This document shows positions 50,608 to 63,317 of a DNA stretch of 64,000 nt, piece by piece (the first letter of the stretch is position 1; every line of letters starts with the position of its first letter). The stretch lies in contig OZ336882.1 of NCBI GenBank assembly GCA_965287045.1, forward strand, positions 48,236,001 to 48,300,000. Reading direction: 5' to 3'. A program made the position numbers and the translations under genes. This DNA comes from Carcharhinus amblyrhynchos (taxonomy: Eukaryota). The notes under the pieces are model-generated. The model saw only the letters and a list, made by a program, of their open reading frames with translations. It did no database searches and had not been told where the DNA came from.

Positions 50608-51349
50608 AGTGTGTTTTTATAGTCAAAGACAGACACCAATGTTAGAGTTTTGCTATCTCATTCAAGAGAGTCACTAGCTTGCCATTCAAATTCAGGCCAA
50701 GATCCACCCACAGAAGCTAACTGAGTTTGAATGACAGGCGAAGGTGGACCTTCTGAATTCCACTAATAGCAAATGCTAACTTCACCAACGAATGCTAAAT
50801 CTGATAGCAACCCAACATTGTATCTGAATTTTGAAATTAAAAAGTCAGAAAAATAACTGGTTAAAAATTTACTTCAAAATGGAATTTATTTCGTAAAATA
50901 TAATTGGCATGCAAATATTTTAAAATGATAATTTATCATAATGATTGCCTGCAGTAAATGTGGAATAAGCAAGTGTTTCCAACATCAAAGAGCAACATTT
51001 ATGAAAGCTGCACAGCAGGAACCTCTGAACAACAAAACAATATTTGTTGTTTGCCTGTATTTATACAAGGTATTTATACAACACCTTGTATAAATACAGA
51101 AATAAAAGACAGAAATTTGTTTAACTGGAGTGACTTGAAGTCAGTTTATTAAAACTGTTTACTTTTAATACTATGACGCAACAGGTAGCGCCCTGCCTCC
51201 AAGTCAGAAGTTGTGGGTTCAAGTCCCACTTAATAGCCAAAATGACTTCACTCAAACAAATTGATTCTCAACCTGCAAACGTTCCAACACATGCCAATAG
51301 CTGAAGGCAAAAGGAGATTCCTGGTCAGTCACTTGATTGTTAACTATGA

Positions 51350-52377
51350 GGCGAGATTGGGCAAATTGGGGTTGTTCTCCCTGGAAAGACAGAACGAGGG
51401 GAGACTGAATAGAAGTGTATAAGATTATGAAGGGTATAGAGTGAACAGTGGGGAGCCTTTTCCCAGGTTGGATGTGAAAATCACAAGGGGTCACAGGCTC
51501 AAGGTGAGAGGGGCGAGGTATAATTCAGATGTTACAGGGATGTTTTTCCACACAAGGGTTGTGGGGGCCTGGAATGCACTGCCAAGTAGGGTGGTGGAGG
51601 CAGACACGCTAGGGTTGTTTAAGACTTACCTAGATAGGCACATGAGCAGACTAGAGATGGAGGGATACTCCAAAATGTTCTAGTTGGAGATCAAGAGCCT
51701 CAGGACGTTCCTGGGAATTAATAGATTCCTATCGGTTGTCCAACAAATTTTAAGGCTCACCTGTCTCTTACATTGGAGCTATTGGGGATCTTCCATTAAT
51801 GTCTTATAGGCTGTTGTGTGTTTATTGATGTCTCTTTTTTTAAACATCCACAGGCGATTCGGTCCGCCTTGTTGGCCAACAAGGGGCATACACACGGTGG
51901 GTTGTGCGAGGGCTGCTCTTGGATGTTGCTTCGAGAATTGCCTAGTGCTTCATGTCGTTAGTGTACACTTAAACTGGACCAATTGATGGGCAACACGACA
52001 GCTCGGTGACTATCACTGTTTGCTGTGCAGTTACAGGGACCCGGGTCGGATCTCCGGCATGGGTCAAAGTCTGTGGGAGTTTGCACATTCTCCCCGTGCT
52101 TGCGTGGGTTTTCTCCACGTGGTCCGGTTTCCTCCCACACTCCAAAAACGTGCTTTTAGGCTGATTGGTGTTAATAAATTGTCCCTAAATTGGATCTCCC
52201 TTAATCTGGTGCACAGATAATTCCCTAAATTTGCCACCCCTTTATTGTGGAGTCCACTAGATGTAGACAAAAGTCATAGGGAAAAGGAGGATTGGAATAA
52301 GGCACTCTGAGTATTAAAATGGGCGGCGCGGGCTTGTGAGGCCAAAGGGCCTGTTTCCTGTACTGTGCTGTTCTTTG
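51350..52377 (+). mobile_element. CR1 ORF2 end, about 300 bp CpG-retaining spacer, then a divergent V-SINE
   Basis: ORF 51441-51683 (RVVGAWNALPSRVVEADTLGLFKTYLDRHM); V-domain at about 52070-52150; CR1-type tail ggccaaagggcctgtttcctgtactgt. Confidence 0.75.
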
Positions 52378-52504
52378 GAAAAAGTTGCAACTTCTACCAT
52401 CACAATCCATAGCTCTAGAATGCCAAATGCATGTAAAGGTGCATTTTGCCTCAGGAACTCTGATTCCCAGTGATCTCTAACACAGTACTTTCAGTACTAC
52501 TGAC

Positions 52505-52632
52505 CCATGCCAGGAGCAGCCATGAGGATCCTAGAAATGACCACTTGTACAATGGCCTGTTGAGCAGCTTTTGTTGATTCTCCTAGTCGGTTGCCATTCT
52601 CATCCGTTACTGGTATTCCATGTTTCAATTCT
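52505..52632 (-). CDS. SFXN1: Sideroflexin-1 coding exon
   Basis: ttccacag| (R)[42 protein letters not shown] |gtcagt; 128 nt. Confidence 0.97.
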
Positions 52633-53601
52633 CTGTGGAATGAAAGTAGACTGAAGTGTTTTTGGAATGTTTGGTTTCACAAATTTAAAAGCACCATGGT
52701 GAAAGGCTTTTTTGTTTAGGTGGAGCAAAAATAAACACCAGATCACAATTTTATATTTTTGTATCTGACGTTCATAACAATGGAAAAGTTTAGATGATTA
52801 CATTTTCTGTGCTTCCTCAAATTTGTACCTATCTGCTCATTCATTGGAAAAAGGCAGCTTACTTACAGCAATTTAAAAATAGCAATTTTCTGAACATTCA
52901 TCCACTTTTCTGAAATGTAGATTCAGTATGATCCTGGCACCTTTTGGTCTGTGAAGCCACATTAAATAAGCGGATGCAAAGATTTTCAGAAGCTTAAAAT
53001 CATGCAATACTGATAAACATATTACTCAGTCTGTTAAATGAATGGAATGCCATTACAGTATAAATGGTGAGCAGAAATCAGTTTTTTAAAAAAGGAAGTA
53101 TTAAAGAGAAGTTAAAATTCAGCGTTCCCATTGTACGGCCAACAATGGGAGAGTTAAAAAGGGAAAATGTCATCTTAAAAATATTCTCAATTAAGCGGCC
53201 TTTTACAAAGTTCAGGAGTATCCTCCTCTCAGAATGCAGCAAATGATGACAGGCATGTCATTTTTCACAAAGCACTTAGGTTGTTCTTACTGGGGTTTTG
53301 CAGCATTCTGATCACTTTAAGGCAATTGACAGTTTTGTGAATGTCCTCAAATCTTTCCAGGAACGTCACTTATAGAAAGAGAGAGGTAATAGGGCTACTA
53401 TTATTAAAAAAAAGGCGTCTCTCAGGAATTGCTCATCATGACTGCCACTTGATTTTGGAGAAATGCCTGAACTCTGCTTGAAATCACTCAGTGAAAATCT
53501 GGAATTGGATCGCCCACTGTATGGTGCAATATGCCATCCCTAGAATTATTTCATTTTGAAATTTGTTTTACTGCTATTGAGACAGTACATGGAAAACTTA
53601 C

Positions 53602-53687
53602 CTTTGTCTCATTAAAGGGATATTTATACAGTTGGCAGCAGCCACTGCAGCAAATGGAACAAAGCGTCCTATTAGAGGTGTCACACG
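53602..53687 (-). CDS. SFXN1: Sideroflexin-1 coding exon
   Basis: ttctatacag| [28 protein letters not shown](R) |gtaagt; 86 nt. Confidence 0.97.
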
Positions 53688-54699
53688 CTGTATAGAAGAA
53701 ATGGATCATTAATTACTTGTTCTATAAGAACTAAGGGATTCAGTCCAAATCTTCATTATTGTGTTTATACAAATGTCTAAATATTACAAGTTTTGTCACC
53801 TGAATGTTTCCCTTATCCATAATAGTGCTCATTATGTTGCTCTTATCAAATGGAGAATGACTAAAGAATTAGAGTACTAAAGAATGCATAAAAAAAATTC
53901 CTGAGAAATGCAACTGGAATTGGACTCCATGTTGTATTATATTCTCACAAAGCGTACTGATGCAAATGAAGCTATTTTTTAAATTTAATCTTGATATTCC
54001 TTGCAATTAAATTTTATGTGGCATGTGAATCATTCTTGTATTTCACAATTTATATAGGTTTCCTTAAGTTGCAAATCCACACTAGGTGTTTGTCAAGCAT
54101 CATTAATTGCATATTAGAAAACACACTCAAATTAAAGAAAGCAGAGTTAAAAAAAAATTGGAACATCTGAAGGAATTGAAGAACACTCATACAAAGAGCA
54201 AAACTATTTTTGCATTGAAGTTCACATACGTGCTTAGTGGGTAAATATGTTGGCATGTGAAATAATAGGGCAGAAGTTTTATGTTCAACCCAACCCAAGT
54301 TAGCCGCAGCTAGGCACAACATTAACAATTAGGTTCAGGATTCCTGCACGAGGAAGGAGTAAGGTCATCTAGGATTCTGTTCTTGATTATTATACAATAT
54401 CTTCCAATCAAGTACACAATAGGCAAAAATAGGATCAAATTAGCTCCAAATTGCTTGCTGATGTTTTCTGAATCTTTAAGCACAAAATATTTTCAATCTT
54501 TCCCTTCAAATCCTTCTATATTTTTGAACATTTGTTAGATCTCTCCTTCACTTTTTCTGCTCCTTGAATACAACATTAGCTTTTCCATGATTACATTGAC
54601 TCTCTCCTGGCATCACCCTCATGAAATTGGCAACACCTTTTCCATAGCACCAAAATCCAAAAACAGATAAAATATGCAAGTATCAGAAATTAATGATAC

Positions 54700-54775
54700 C
54701 TTAGTTAGTGAATTAAGGCCAAGAGCTGTTGCTACTGCACCTGTTGTAGCAGAGACATAGGCTGTACCAAGCTGG
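54700..54775 (-). CDS. SFXN1: Sideroflexin-1 coding exon (most 5' exon found in the window)
   Basis: aatacag| QLGTAYVSATTGAVATALGLNSLTK |gtatca; 76 nt. Confidence 0.97.
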
Positions 54776-55193
54776 CTGTATTTTAAACAGGAGATAAAAT
54801 AAGAAATCATAATTGTAACAATGCCCTTAAGACTTCTAGAACAAAATCTAAATATCAATTTAACTATGATGAAAACACTACACTGTTGTAATACTAATAT
54901 ATGAAAGCTCAGTTTTGTTTACATTAATTTTATTTTGATCAACAAAACCATCATTTGGTTGGTAGCATATGAAGTACAGTCCAAAACAGAAACTTGTGAC
55001 AATGCTTTACATCAATCTTAATGGAAACACAACTTACCCTACAGTTATCGGAGCATCTCCACTTCTGTTAGTATAGTTTACAATAGCATTGAAGGACTGA
55101 TTAATCCATTGCCAGAAAACCACTGCTGGAGTTGTTCTATAATCAAATCAATAGGAAACATTACAGTTAATATTTAGTTATAAAAATAGAACT

Positions 55194-55889
55194 GGCCTGA
55201 GTTTTTCAGACAGCAGGGTCATTTCCTGCCATCTAAAGAATTAATGGAGAACACAAGCCCGCCGACTCTGTGCCAAAGGAATTTCATGCTCAAAGAAGCA
55301 TTAAGTGATTACAGGCAGGACTGCTGCCCTTCACTCCAGAGAAAGCCCTGCCTTAGAGCAATCGGATTGGTCAGCAGCCTTCCAATCCCTGCAGCAACAA
55401 TGCTGTAGTGGAAAGAAGGAAAACACAGATGAATGTAGGAGCACAGGTCTGGACATCAGAGGCCCAGTTAAGCAAAAGCAGGTTCCAGGGTGTGTAGGGA
55501 TGGCCTAGGGAGCCATGAAGGTGGTAACTGGGGTCTTGGCAAATAGTGGGTTGTGTGGGGATGGGGGAAATAGGAGAAAAGCAGGAAGAGGGGTTCGGGG
55601 CCACCAGGGCAGAGGCACTTGTCTTCAGAAGGGGGTTTCTGATGGAGGTGTTCCCCCATCCCGCCCCTCTGATGTTCAGGCATCTCCCAGTTAAGTTCAA
55701 TTCTCCTGCCAGCCCAAATATTGGATATTATGGATCTCAATTGGGACAATGGCAGACCTCCCATCAGGGACCTTACTCACCTAGTGTAAAATCACTCAGT
55801 AGTTGGAACAGGCGGGAATCTGGAGGGAATTTCATCCCTTCAATTACATGCCTAAAAATCCACCGGGGGAGGGGTGTAAAGTTCAGCCC
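55194..55889. mobile_element. Putative non-autonomous DNA transposon
   Basis: GC-richer block bounded by imperfect TIRs GGCCTGAGTTTT / AAAGTTCAGCCC (9/12). Confidence 0.45.
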
Positions 55890-56829
55890 GTTTCGGAAAA
55901 TTAATAAGGCAATTGGTCAATTTCCATATCGGATCACAGTTGTCTCTAAACCTGTATTTTGGTCATTTCTTTATCTGCATTGCAATAAACAGAAACACTG
56001 TCAAAAAGAAAAGTGATTGATGACTTTTAGCTCCATGAAATTTCACCAGTGTTAAAGATGAGGTATATCTGGAATTAATGATTTGCCTGAAGTTGCAAGA
56101 GGAAAGATTGGAGGTGGTAGGCAGTAGGGGGCTAAAGGACAAAATAAGTTTGAAAATGTTAAGATCACTTTGAAAAAATGAGACAGATTAAGAGATGGGT
56201 TATGACTTCAATATTGTAAAGATACAGGAAGTAGGAAACAAGTGCAGCAGAGAGGAAAAGAAAGAAAAGCACTAGCCAATGTAGCACAATGAATTAGTAA
56301 CCTGTGCCTTGTAATGTGGTGGAAGCAGCTTACTTTGAAAATTCAATATTTCAGGAAGTTAATAATCTAAACAAATCATGGAAAAATTTATCACATTACT
56401 AAAGAACAAATGCCATAGGAAAATATTATTTGATACCTTTCAAGAAACTTTTATCAAGTTCTTCCTCATATAGCCATGTCACCTATCAGCATAGTAATGT
56501 AATGTTACAGTATTATCGGTAGTATTGTAATTCTGAGATGGATTAAAACTGCTCAAAAACAACTACTTGTATTCATACAGTATGTAATGCAGAAATGACC
56601 TATGGTCTTCTCAGGAGCAATATCAAACAAAATTTGACACTCAACCATGTATGGAAGTATGGGGGTAGATGAAGAAAAGGTGGTCAACAGGACAGGTTTT
56701 AAGAAACACTTTAAAGGAGCGGAGAAAGGTAGAGGGGTGAAGAGGTTTAGGAAAAGAATTCATGGTGTTTGAAAACTTAAAAGTTCCTGAATGATGCAAT
56801 GAGCAGGGTGCATAAAAATGGAAATAAAT

Positions 56830-57870
56830 GTAACATATTGGAATTCCAAAAGCCATTCAATAAGGTGTTACATGTAAGGTTACTGCATGGTATTGGGGTA
56901 ATGAATTACATAGTTAGAGAATCAGGGTGAATGGATCATTTTCAGATTGTCAAATCAAAACCAGTAGGTTGCCTCAGGTATCAGTGCTGGTGGCTCAACT
57001 ACTTACAATTCATATTAATGATTTGGATGAGTGGACTAAATGTATTATAGTCAAATTAAATGATGATAGAAGGATAGGTATAAGATGTAAGGAGGATAGA
57101 GTCTGCAAAGAACTATGGATCAGTTAAGTGAGTGGGCAGAGATTTGACAAAGGGAGTATAAAGTAAAAAAATGTGAGGCAATCCACTTTAGTAGGAATAA
57201 TATAAAAGCAGAAAATTAGTTAAATGAAGAGATTACAGAATTCTGTACAGCAGGGAATCTGGATATCTTCATACACGAAACACAGCTATAGCATGTGGGT
57301 TCAGAAAGGGAAAAGATGACTTTTTGGAATATAAAGGTAGGGAAGCCTAAGACTGTACCTAGAGTACAGTGCACAAAGTTTTAAGGAGGGATATATTTGT
57401 ATTAGAGGCAATTTGGAGAAAGTTAATTAGAATGATTCTTCAAATGAAGAGATTGTCTTTTGAGGAAAGGTTGGGCAAGTTGGCCTATGCTTATTAGAAC
57501 TGAGGAGGATGAGATACCTACTTATTGAATTATAGAAGCATGGCAGGAGGTGGTTGACTGATTGGTGCCAAGTGGATATTTCCCCTCATATAGAATCTAG
57601 AACAAGGGGGCACAGTTTCAGAACAAGGAGTCTTCCATTTAAGACAAAGGGGAGGAATTTATTTTCTGAGGGTCATGAATCTTTAGAATTCTCTATCCCC
57701 AAAAAATAGTGGAGGTGAAGTCATCAAATGTATTCAAGGTAGTGATGGAGAGATTATTGAGCCACAGGCCAGTCAAGGACTATGGAGAACAGGCAGGAAA
57801 ATGGAGTTGAGGCCAAAGATCAGATTAGCGGAACAGGCTTGAGGAGTCACATGTTACAAGCCCATTTCTT
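56830..57870 (+). mobile_element. Decayed CR1 RT and 3' end
   Basis: LPQVSVLVAQLLTIHINDLD; CR1-like 3'UTR. Confidence 0.75.
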
Positions 57871-57929
57871 ATCCCAACACTTGGGGACATGGCGACTGAA
57901 GACACAGTCACCAACGTTGGAGATATTAA

Positions 57930-58390
57930 AATCAGGGGATGCTTAAGAGGCTAGAACTGGAGGAACAAAGGACTGTAGATTTGCAGAGATGAGATTCATG
58001 AAGGGACACAAAAACAAGAATGAGAATTTTAAAATCAAGGTATTGCTTTACTTGGAAGCCAAAATAATGAGCACAGAGGTGTTGGCTGAACAGACTTGGT
58101 ATGAATCAGGATGTGGGCAGCAGAGTTTTAGATGAGCACAAGTTTACAGAGGGTAATCAGCCATTTGGAACAGTGAAGTCTAAATGCAATAACAGAATGG
58201 ATAAAGGTTTCACCAGCATATGAGGTGACACAATAAGGCAGACAGGCAATCTTATGGAATAATGTAAATATGCGAGTGATAATGCAGATATGAAGTCAGA
58301 AGCTCATCACGAGATTGAATTTTAAATGAAGCTGACATTCTAATTCAGCCTCAGAGTTACCAGAGGAAGGGTTGAACTCAACAGCCTAGG
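57930..58390 (-). mobile_element. Old L2-like fragment
   Basis: aaaacaagaatgagaattttaaaatcaagg, matching the 46060-46100 segment. Confidence 0.55.
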
Positions 58391-58731
58391 GAACTTTTAA
58401 ACACCCACCTACTGGTTCAACTACTAGCTCGCTTCTAACAATTTCTTTCAAGTCTTGAAAGCCTAGTTACCAAAGTCTACAAAAAGTTTCCTTGCTTGAT
58501 ACGTTGAAGTCTAGTTTCTATCTTGTGAATAATACTGATACCCTGCTGGTCAAAGTCATCAGTAACATTGTATGCCAATCTTGCTCATGTCCTCTATGTA
58601 GTTTGCAACATGTCTGTTCTTTTCATAATCCTCAATTGGCTCTCCTCGGTGTTGATTTATGTTGACCCGATTCCAATCCTGCCTGTCCCAATGTTGGCAG
58701 TATAACTTCTTCAATGGCTTTTCTTCCCATC

Positions 58732-58768
58732 GGTTCTGATGGTGGGTCACAGACCTGAAACGTTAACC
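58732..58768 (+). ncRNA. Minimal hammerhead-like motif with A9-to-G core change (second Penelope-like family)
   Basis: GGUU-CUGAUGG-U-GGGUC(ACA)GACCU-GAAA-CG-UU-AACC; stem I GGUU/AACC, palindromic ACGU. Confidence 0.6.
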
Positions 58769-59134
58769 CTATCTTCCTCTCTCCACAGATGTTTCTGAAT
58801 TGCTGATCTTTCTGTATTCTGTTTCTAAATTAGACAAGCAGACAAGTTCCATAATAGGTCAGAAAAATATATTTCATATAAAACTTCATTGCAACATAGC
58901 CTATCATAAATTCAGGAAATTTTTTTTAGAACATACATCAACTTAGCCAAATTCAGGAACTATTAAAAATGTTGTGATGATGGACATCGACCTGAAATGC
59001 TAACTGTGTTTTTCTCTCTGCACAAAAATTGCTTGATCTAAGTATTTCCAATACTGTTATTAAAACAGATTGTTATTGCTATTGTTTCCTTATCAGATAA
59101 AGCCCCAAACAAGGTTTACTACAGTATTTTCCTG

Positions 59135-59612
59135 ATACCTTTAAATTCTTTCTGGTTGTATCACAGCTTGGTATGGCTCCTGCTCTGCCCAAGACTGCAA
59201 GGAACCACAAAAGGTCGTGAATGTCGCCTAATCCATCATGCAAACTAGCCTCCCATCCGTTGCCTGTGTCTACACTTCCTGCTGCCTTGGCAAAGCAGCC
59301 AGCATAATTAAGGTCCCCACGCACCCTGGACATTCTCTCTTCCGCCTTCTTCCTTCAGGAAAAAGATGCAGAAGTCTGAGGTCACATACCAACTGACTCA
59401 AAAGCAGCTTTTTCTCTGCTGCAGTCTTTTGAATAGACTTATCTTGCATTAAGTTGATCTTTCGCTACATCCTAGCTATGTAGAATGTAGTAACACTACA
59501 TTCTGCACTCTCTTGTTCCCTTCTCTACGAGCGGTATGTTTTGTCTGTACAGCGCACAAGAAACAATACTTCTCACTGTATACTAATACATGTGACAATA
59601 ATAAATCAAATA
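59135..59612 (+). mobile_element. Rex1/Babar-type LINE 3' end
   Basis: Same family as 27600-27960 (tacacttcctgctgccttgg..aagcagccagcat); tail catgtgacaataataaatcaaat. Confidence 0.75.
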
Positions 59613-59924
59613 AAAAACCCATTTTCTGAAGTAATCTAAAAGGATTTCTGATTATTGTGTGCAGATTGCAATGTATTTTATATTAAGGCAAATGAAAACA
59701 CTTGAAAATGTTGATAGCTAGAGTATTTCAATAAGTGATATCTGAAACAGAAGCCAAAAGCAAATGCAGAGGAAAAATACAAAAAACAAAAAGCCTATTA
59801 ACATAACTTGATTTGTGGCCTTATCTCCCAGTTCTATTTATTGTTCTTCTCCTTGGTCTCAAGTTATTAATTTTGTACTGCTCTGTTCACCAAATTCCGC
59901 CAATTTCAAAATCCTCAATAATAA

Positions 59925-62335
59925 TGGTAAGATTGGGCAAAATCAACAGAGTTACGAAAGAGAAATCATGTTTGACAAACCTGCTGGAGTTTCTTGAGAA
60001 TGTCACTTGCAGGATAGAAAAGGGAGAGCCAGTGGATGTGGTGTATTAGGATTTTCATAAAGCTTCCGATTAGGTCCCATACAGGTGGTCAGCAAGCAAA
60101 AATTAGACCTCATGGGATTGGTGGTAATATTCTAGCATTGACTGAGAACTGGTTAATGGAAAAAAACAATAGGAGTAAACCAATCAATCTCAGGATGGCA
60201 GGTGGTGACAAGCAGGGTATCACAAGGATCAGTGCATTGACCTCAGCTATTCAGAGTGTATATCAATGATTTGGACATGGGGACCAAATATGTTACCATG
60301 TCTCAAAGGAAGACAGGACCAAATGTTAAATATTCCTGGCTACAAGTATTTAGGAGAGACAGAAAAGGAAGAATGGTAGCATTAATGATACATACATTAT
60401 AGGACTGGAGAGAAATGATGTTCCAGAGGGTTCAAGGATTGGATCATTCTGTGCTGTGAAGATTGTGTGACTTAGTCAGACTGAGTGTGATATAATACAA
60501 AAATTGAAGGTATTTATTTTGATAGAAAAAAAAATGCAAAGTATTTCTTAAGTGGGAAGAGATTGGATGTGATGTTCAAAGGACATGGGTGTTCTTGTTC
60601 ATAAATTATTGAAAGCTAATGGGAAGATGCAACAAGAAATTTGGAAGGTAAATGTTAGATTGGCCTTTATTACAAAGGGATTTGAATAGAGGACTAAGGA
60701 AGTCTTACTACATTTGCGTAGAACCTTGCTGAGAACACACCTGGACTATCGTACGCAGTTTTAGTCTCCCTACCTAAGGAAGGACATACTGGCTATTGAG
60801 GGAGTGTAACACAGGTTCACCAGGCTAATCCCTGGGAAGGCAGGAGTGTTCTATGATGAAAGATTGAGGATACTGGGCATGTAAGGTTTAGAAGGCTGAG
60901 TGGTGATCACATTGAAGTATACAAAATTCTTGGATGGTTCAGAGTTTGGAATGGATTGGGAAAGGAATTTAGCAGTAAAGGTTGATCAGAGTGGCAGACG
61001 TTTCTGAAAATATTACATGACTCACAATAAAGTGAGGACGGAGGATTCGCGCAAGGGGATAAATCAACCATGAAAATTAAGAATCGTATTAAACTAAAAC
61101 AAAAGACAAATAATGTGGCAAAGATTAGTGGTAAGCCAGAGGATTGGGAAAGGTTTAAAAAACAATAAAAGATGACAAAAAATATAAAGTGGGAGAAGAT
61201 AAACAAGCAAGTAATGTAAAAACTGACAGCAAGAGCTTCTTTAAATATATAAAAAAGGGGCTGAGACTGGAGAAATAATAGTGGAGAACCAGAAATTTTG
61301 TGAAGTGTGCATGTCCTCTGTGCCTCAAGGTGTTCTAGTTTCCTTCCACAGTCCAAAGATGCGTGGGTTAGGTGGATTGGCTATGCTAAATTGCCCCTTG
61401 GTGTCCAAAGATGTATAGGTTAGGTGAATTAGCTATGATAAATGCACATGATTACACAGGGCAGTGGGTTGGGCCTTGGTAAAATATTCTTTCAGATAGT
61501 CGGTGCAAGATCGATGGACCAAAGAGCCTCCTTCTGCTCTGTAGGGATTCTATGGCTCTCAATGGCAGCAGAGTTAAATATTTGGCATCAGTCTTCACGG
61601 TGAAAGATAATAAACATTCCAAAAATTCTAAGTAATCAAGGGTTGAGAAAATAAATGGTATCACGACGAAAAAAGCATCAGGAAAACTAATGTGGCTAAA
61701 GGCCGATGAATTCCTAATGAGTTATATCCCAGGGTATTAAAGGAAGTAGCTGCAAAGATAGCAGATGCACTGGTAATAATTTTCCAAAAATCCTTAAATT
61801 CTCAAAGTCCCAGAAGATTGGAAAACTCTGATCTGAATCTGTGGATTTCTTTACAGAGTTATAGAAGTGGGGTCGTTAAGTATATTCAAGGCTGAGATAG
61901 ACAGATTTTTAATTAGTAAGGGCATCAAGGATTATCAGGATGAAGTGGGAAAGTGGAGTTGAGGATTATATTAGGTTAACCATGATCTTATTGAACAGCG
62001 GAACAGACTCGATAGATCAAATGGCCTAGTTCTGCTCGTGTCTTATTGTTCAACAGGGTGGACACAGGAAATATGGTTCTTTGGCAGGGGGAATAGTCTC
62101 AGAATAAGTCGACCATTTGGGACAGAGATGAACAAAAATTTCTTCAGAGGGTGGTGAACTTTTGGAATTCCTGTAGGCAGAGGGCTGTGGAGGCTCAGTC
62201 ACTGAAAATATTCATAGCAGAAACTAATAGATTTTTAGATACCAATGACATCAAAGGATACAGGGGTAAGTTCAGGAAGATGGTGTAGAGGTAGATGATC
62301 AGCCATGATCTAGTAAAATGGAGTAGCAGGTTCGA
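59925..62335 (+). mobile_element. Cluster of rearranged CR1 fragments
   Basis: KSCLTNLLEFLENVT..GEPVDVVY; ORF2 pieces out of order; two CR1 3' ends. Confidence 0.8.
61300..61555 (+). mobile_element. 5'-truncated V-SINE with CR1 tail
   Basis: tttccttccacagtccaaagatg..gcctccttctgctctgtagggattctatg. Confidence 0.8.
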
Positions 62336-63317
62336 GCACTGCTTGTGCTATTCTATCTCTGCAAGCTCATGTCCCAGCTCACTCATTTGCTTCTCTGATC
62401 TTTGGTGCATTTTCATTGGAGAGAGAAATTCAGTTACCTTGGCCTGTTTTGGAATTCCCACCCTAAGGCCTGTGTTACCACAGCCTACTGAATCTAATGC
62501 TATCTACCTTTTTTTTTCTACATCAATCTCTGCTTAGGCACTTAAACTTTGCTTTGCACCATATATTGAGACATTTCATTATTTTTAGAGCATTCTGGGT
62601 CAAGAATAAGAATGCCCGCGCCATCAACAAAACTTATGCTTTCTTACACTGCCATTAGCACCCATGCTACCTTTTAGAGGAATCAATTTTATATTTTAAA
62701 AGTCTTGTACCTGTGTGACTTCCTGTTGTGCAACACGTATTTCTGTATGGCCATGTATTCTGTCCAGGTCACATCTCTATCATGCTATTTGTCATGCTAC
62801 TTCCATGGCACCTTGATGTCATACTATCTCTCACACCTGTAAATTAATTTTAAACTATAAGATGTGTGGTATTTGTATTTAATTATAGTTACTTTCATTC
62901 CTCTGAACACTACATAGAGAATTTTATAGAAACATAACATGGTAAAAGGCTGTTTATTCAGCAACTAATCCATGCTGACTTATCTTCAAATGGCACTAAT
63001 CACATATCTGTCTTAATTTCCATTTCATTCAACTATCCATCTCACCTACATTGACAACACTAGGTAATGCTCGTGTTCCTCCAAGCTCTCTTCCACTAGA
63101 TAGTGGTACAAGCAGTAAGCAATGCTCTATAATTGCCTTTTCCCTCTGCATGCACCTTATTACTTGCAGGGAAGCTTTACCTCAAATTTATTGATGTTTT
63201 ACTCAGTATTTATTTGACACTTTCAGGCCTGTTAACTCATCCTTAATTATCTGCTCTGAGGTGAGATTCTGCTGTCATTGTCTCATCATTCAGAACCTTC
63301 CCTGCCATCTCTGCTGC

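Noticed and set aside
41867-54775. Assignment to SFXN3 or another paralogue
   Set aside because: AIPPFIMNTLE, RFPWMSAPIQVGLVG and LGTAYVSATTGAVATALGLN match SFXN1 as I recall it; a phylogeny would confirm
55546-56016. 156-aa plus-strand ORF
   Set aside because: Lies largely in a GC-rich repeat inside an SFXN1 intron; no domain signature
62711-62836. Candidate extra SFXN1 exon (tttacag|...CAG|gtacaa)
   Set aside because: Stops in all three frames, weak donor, no similarity to the expected upstream exon ([11 protein letters not shown])
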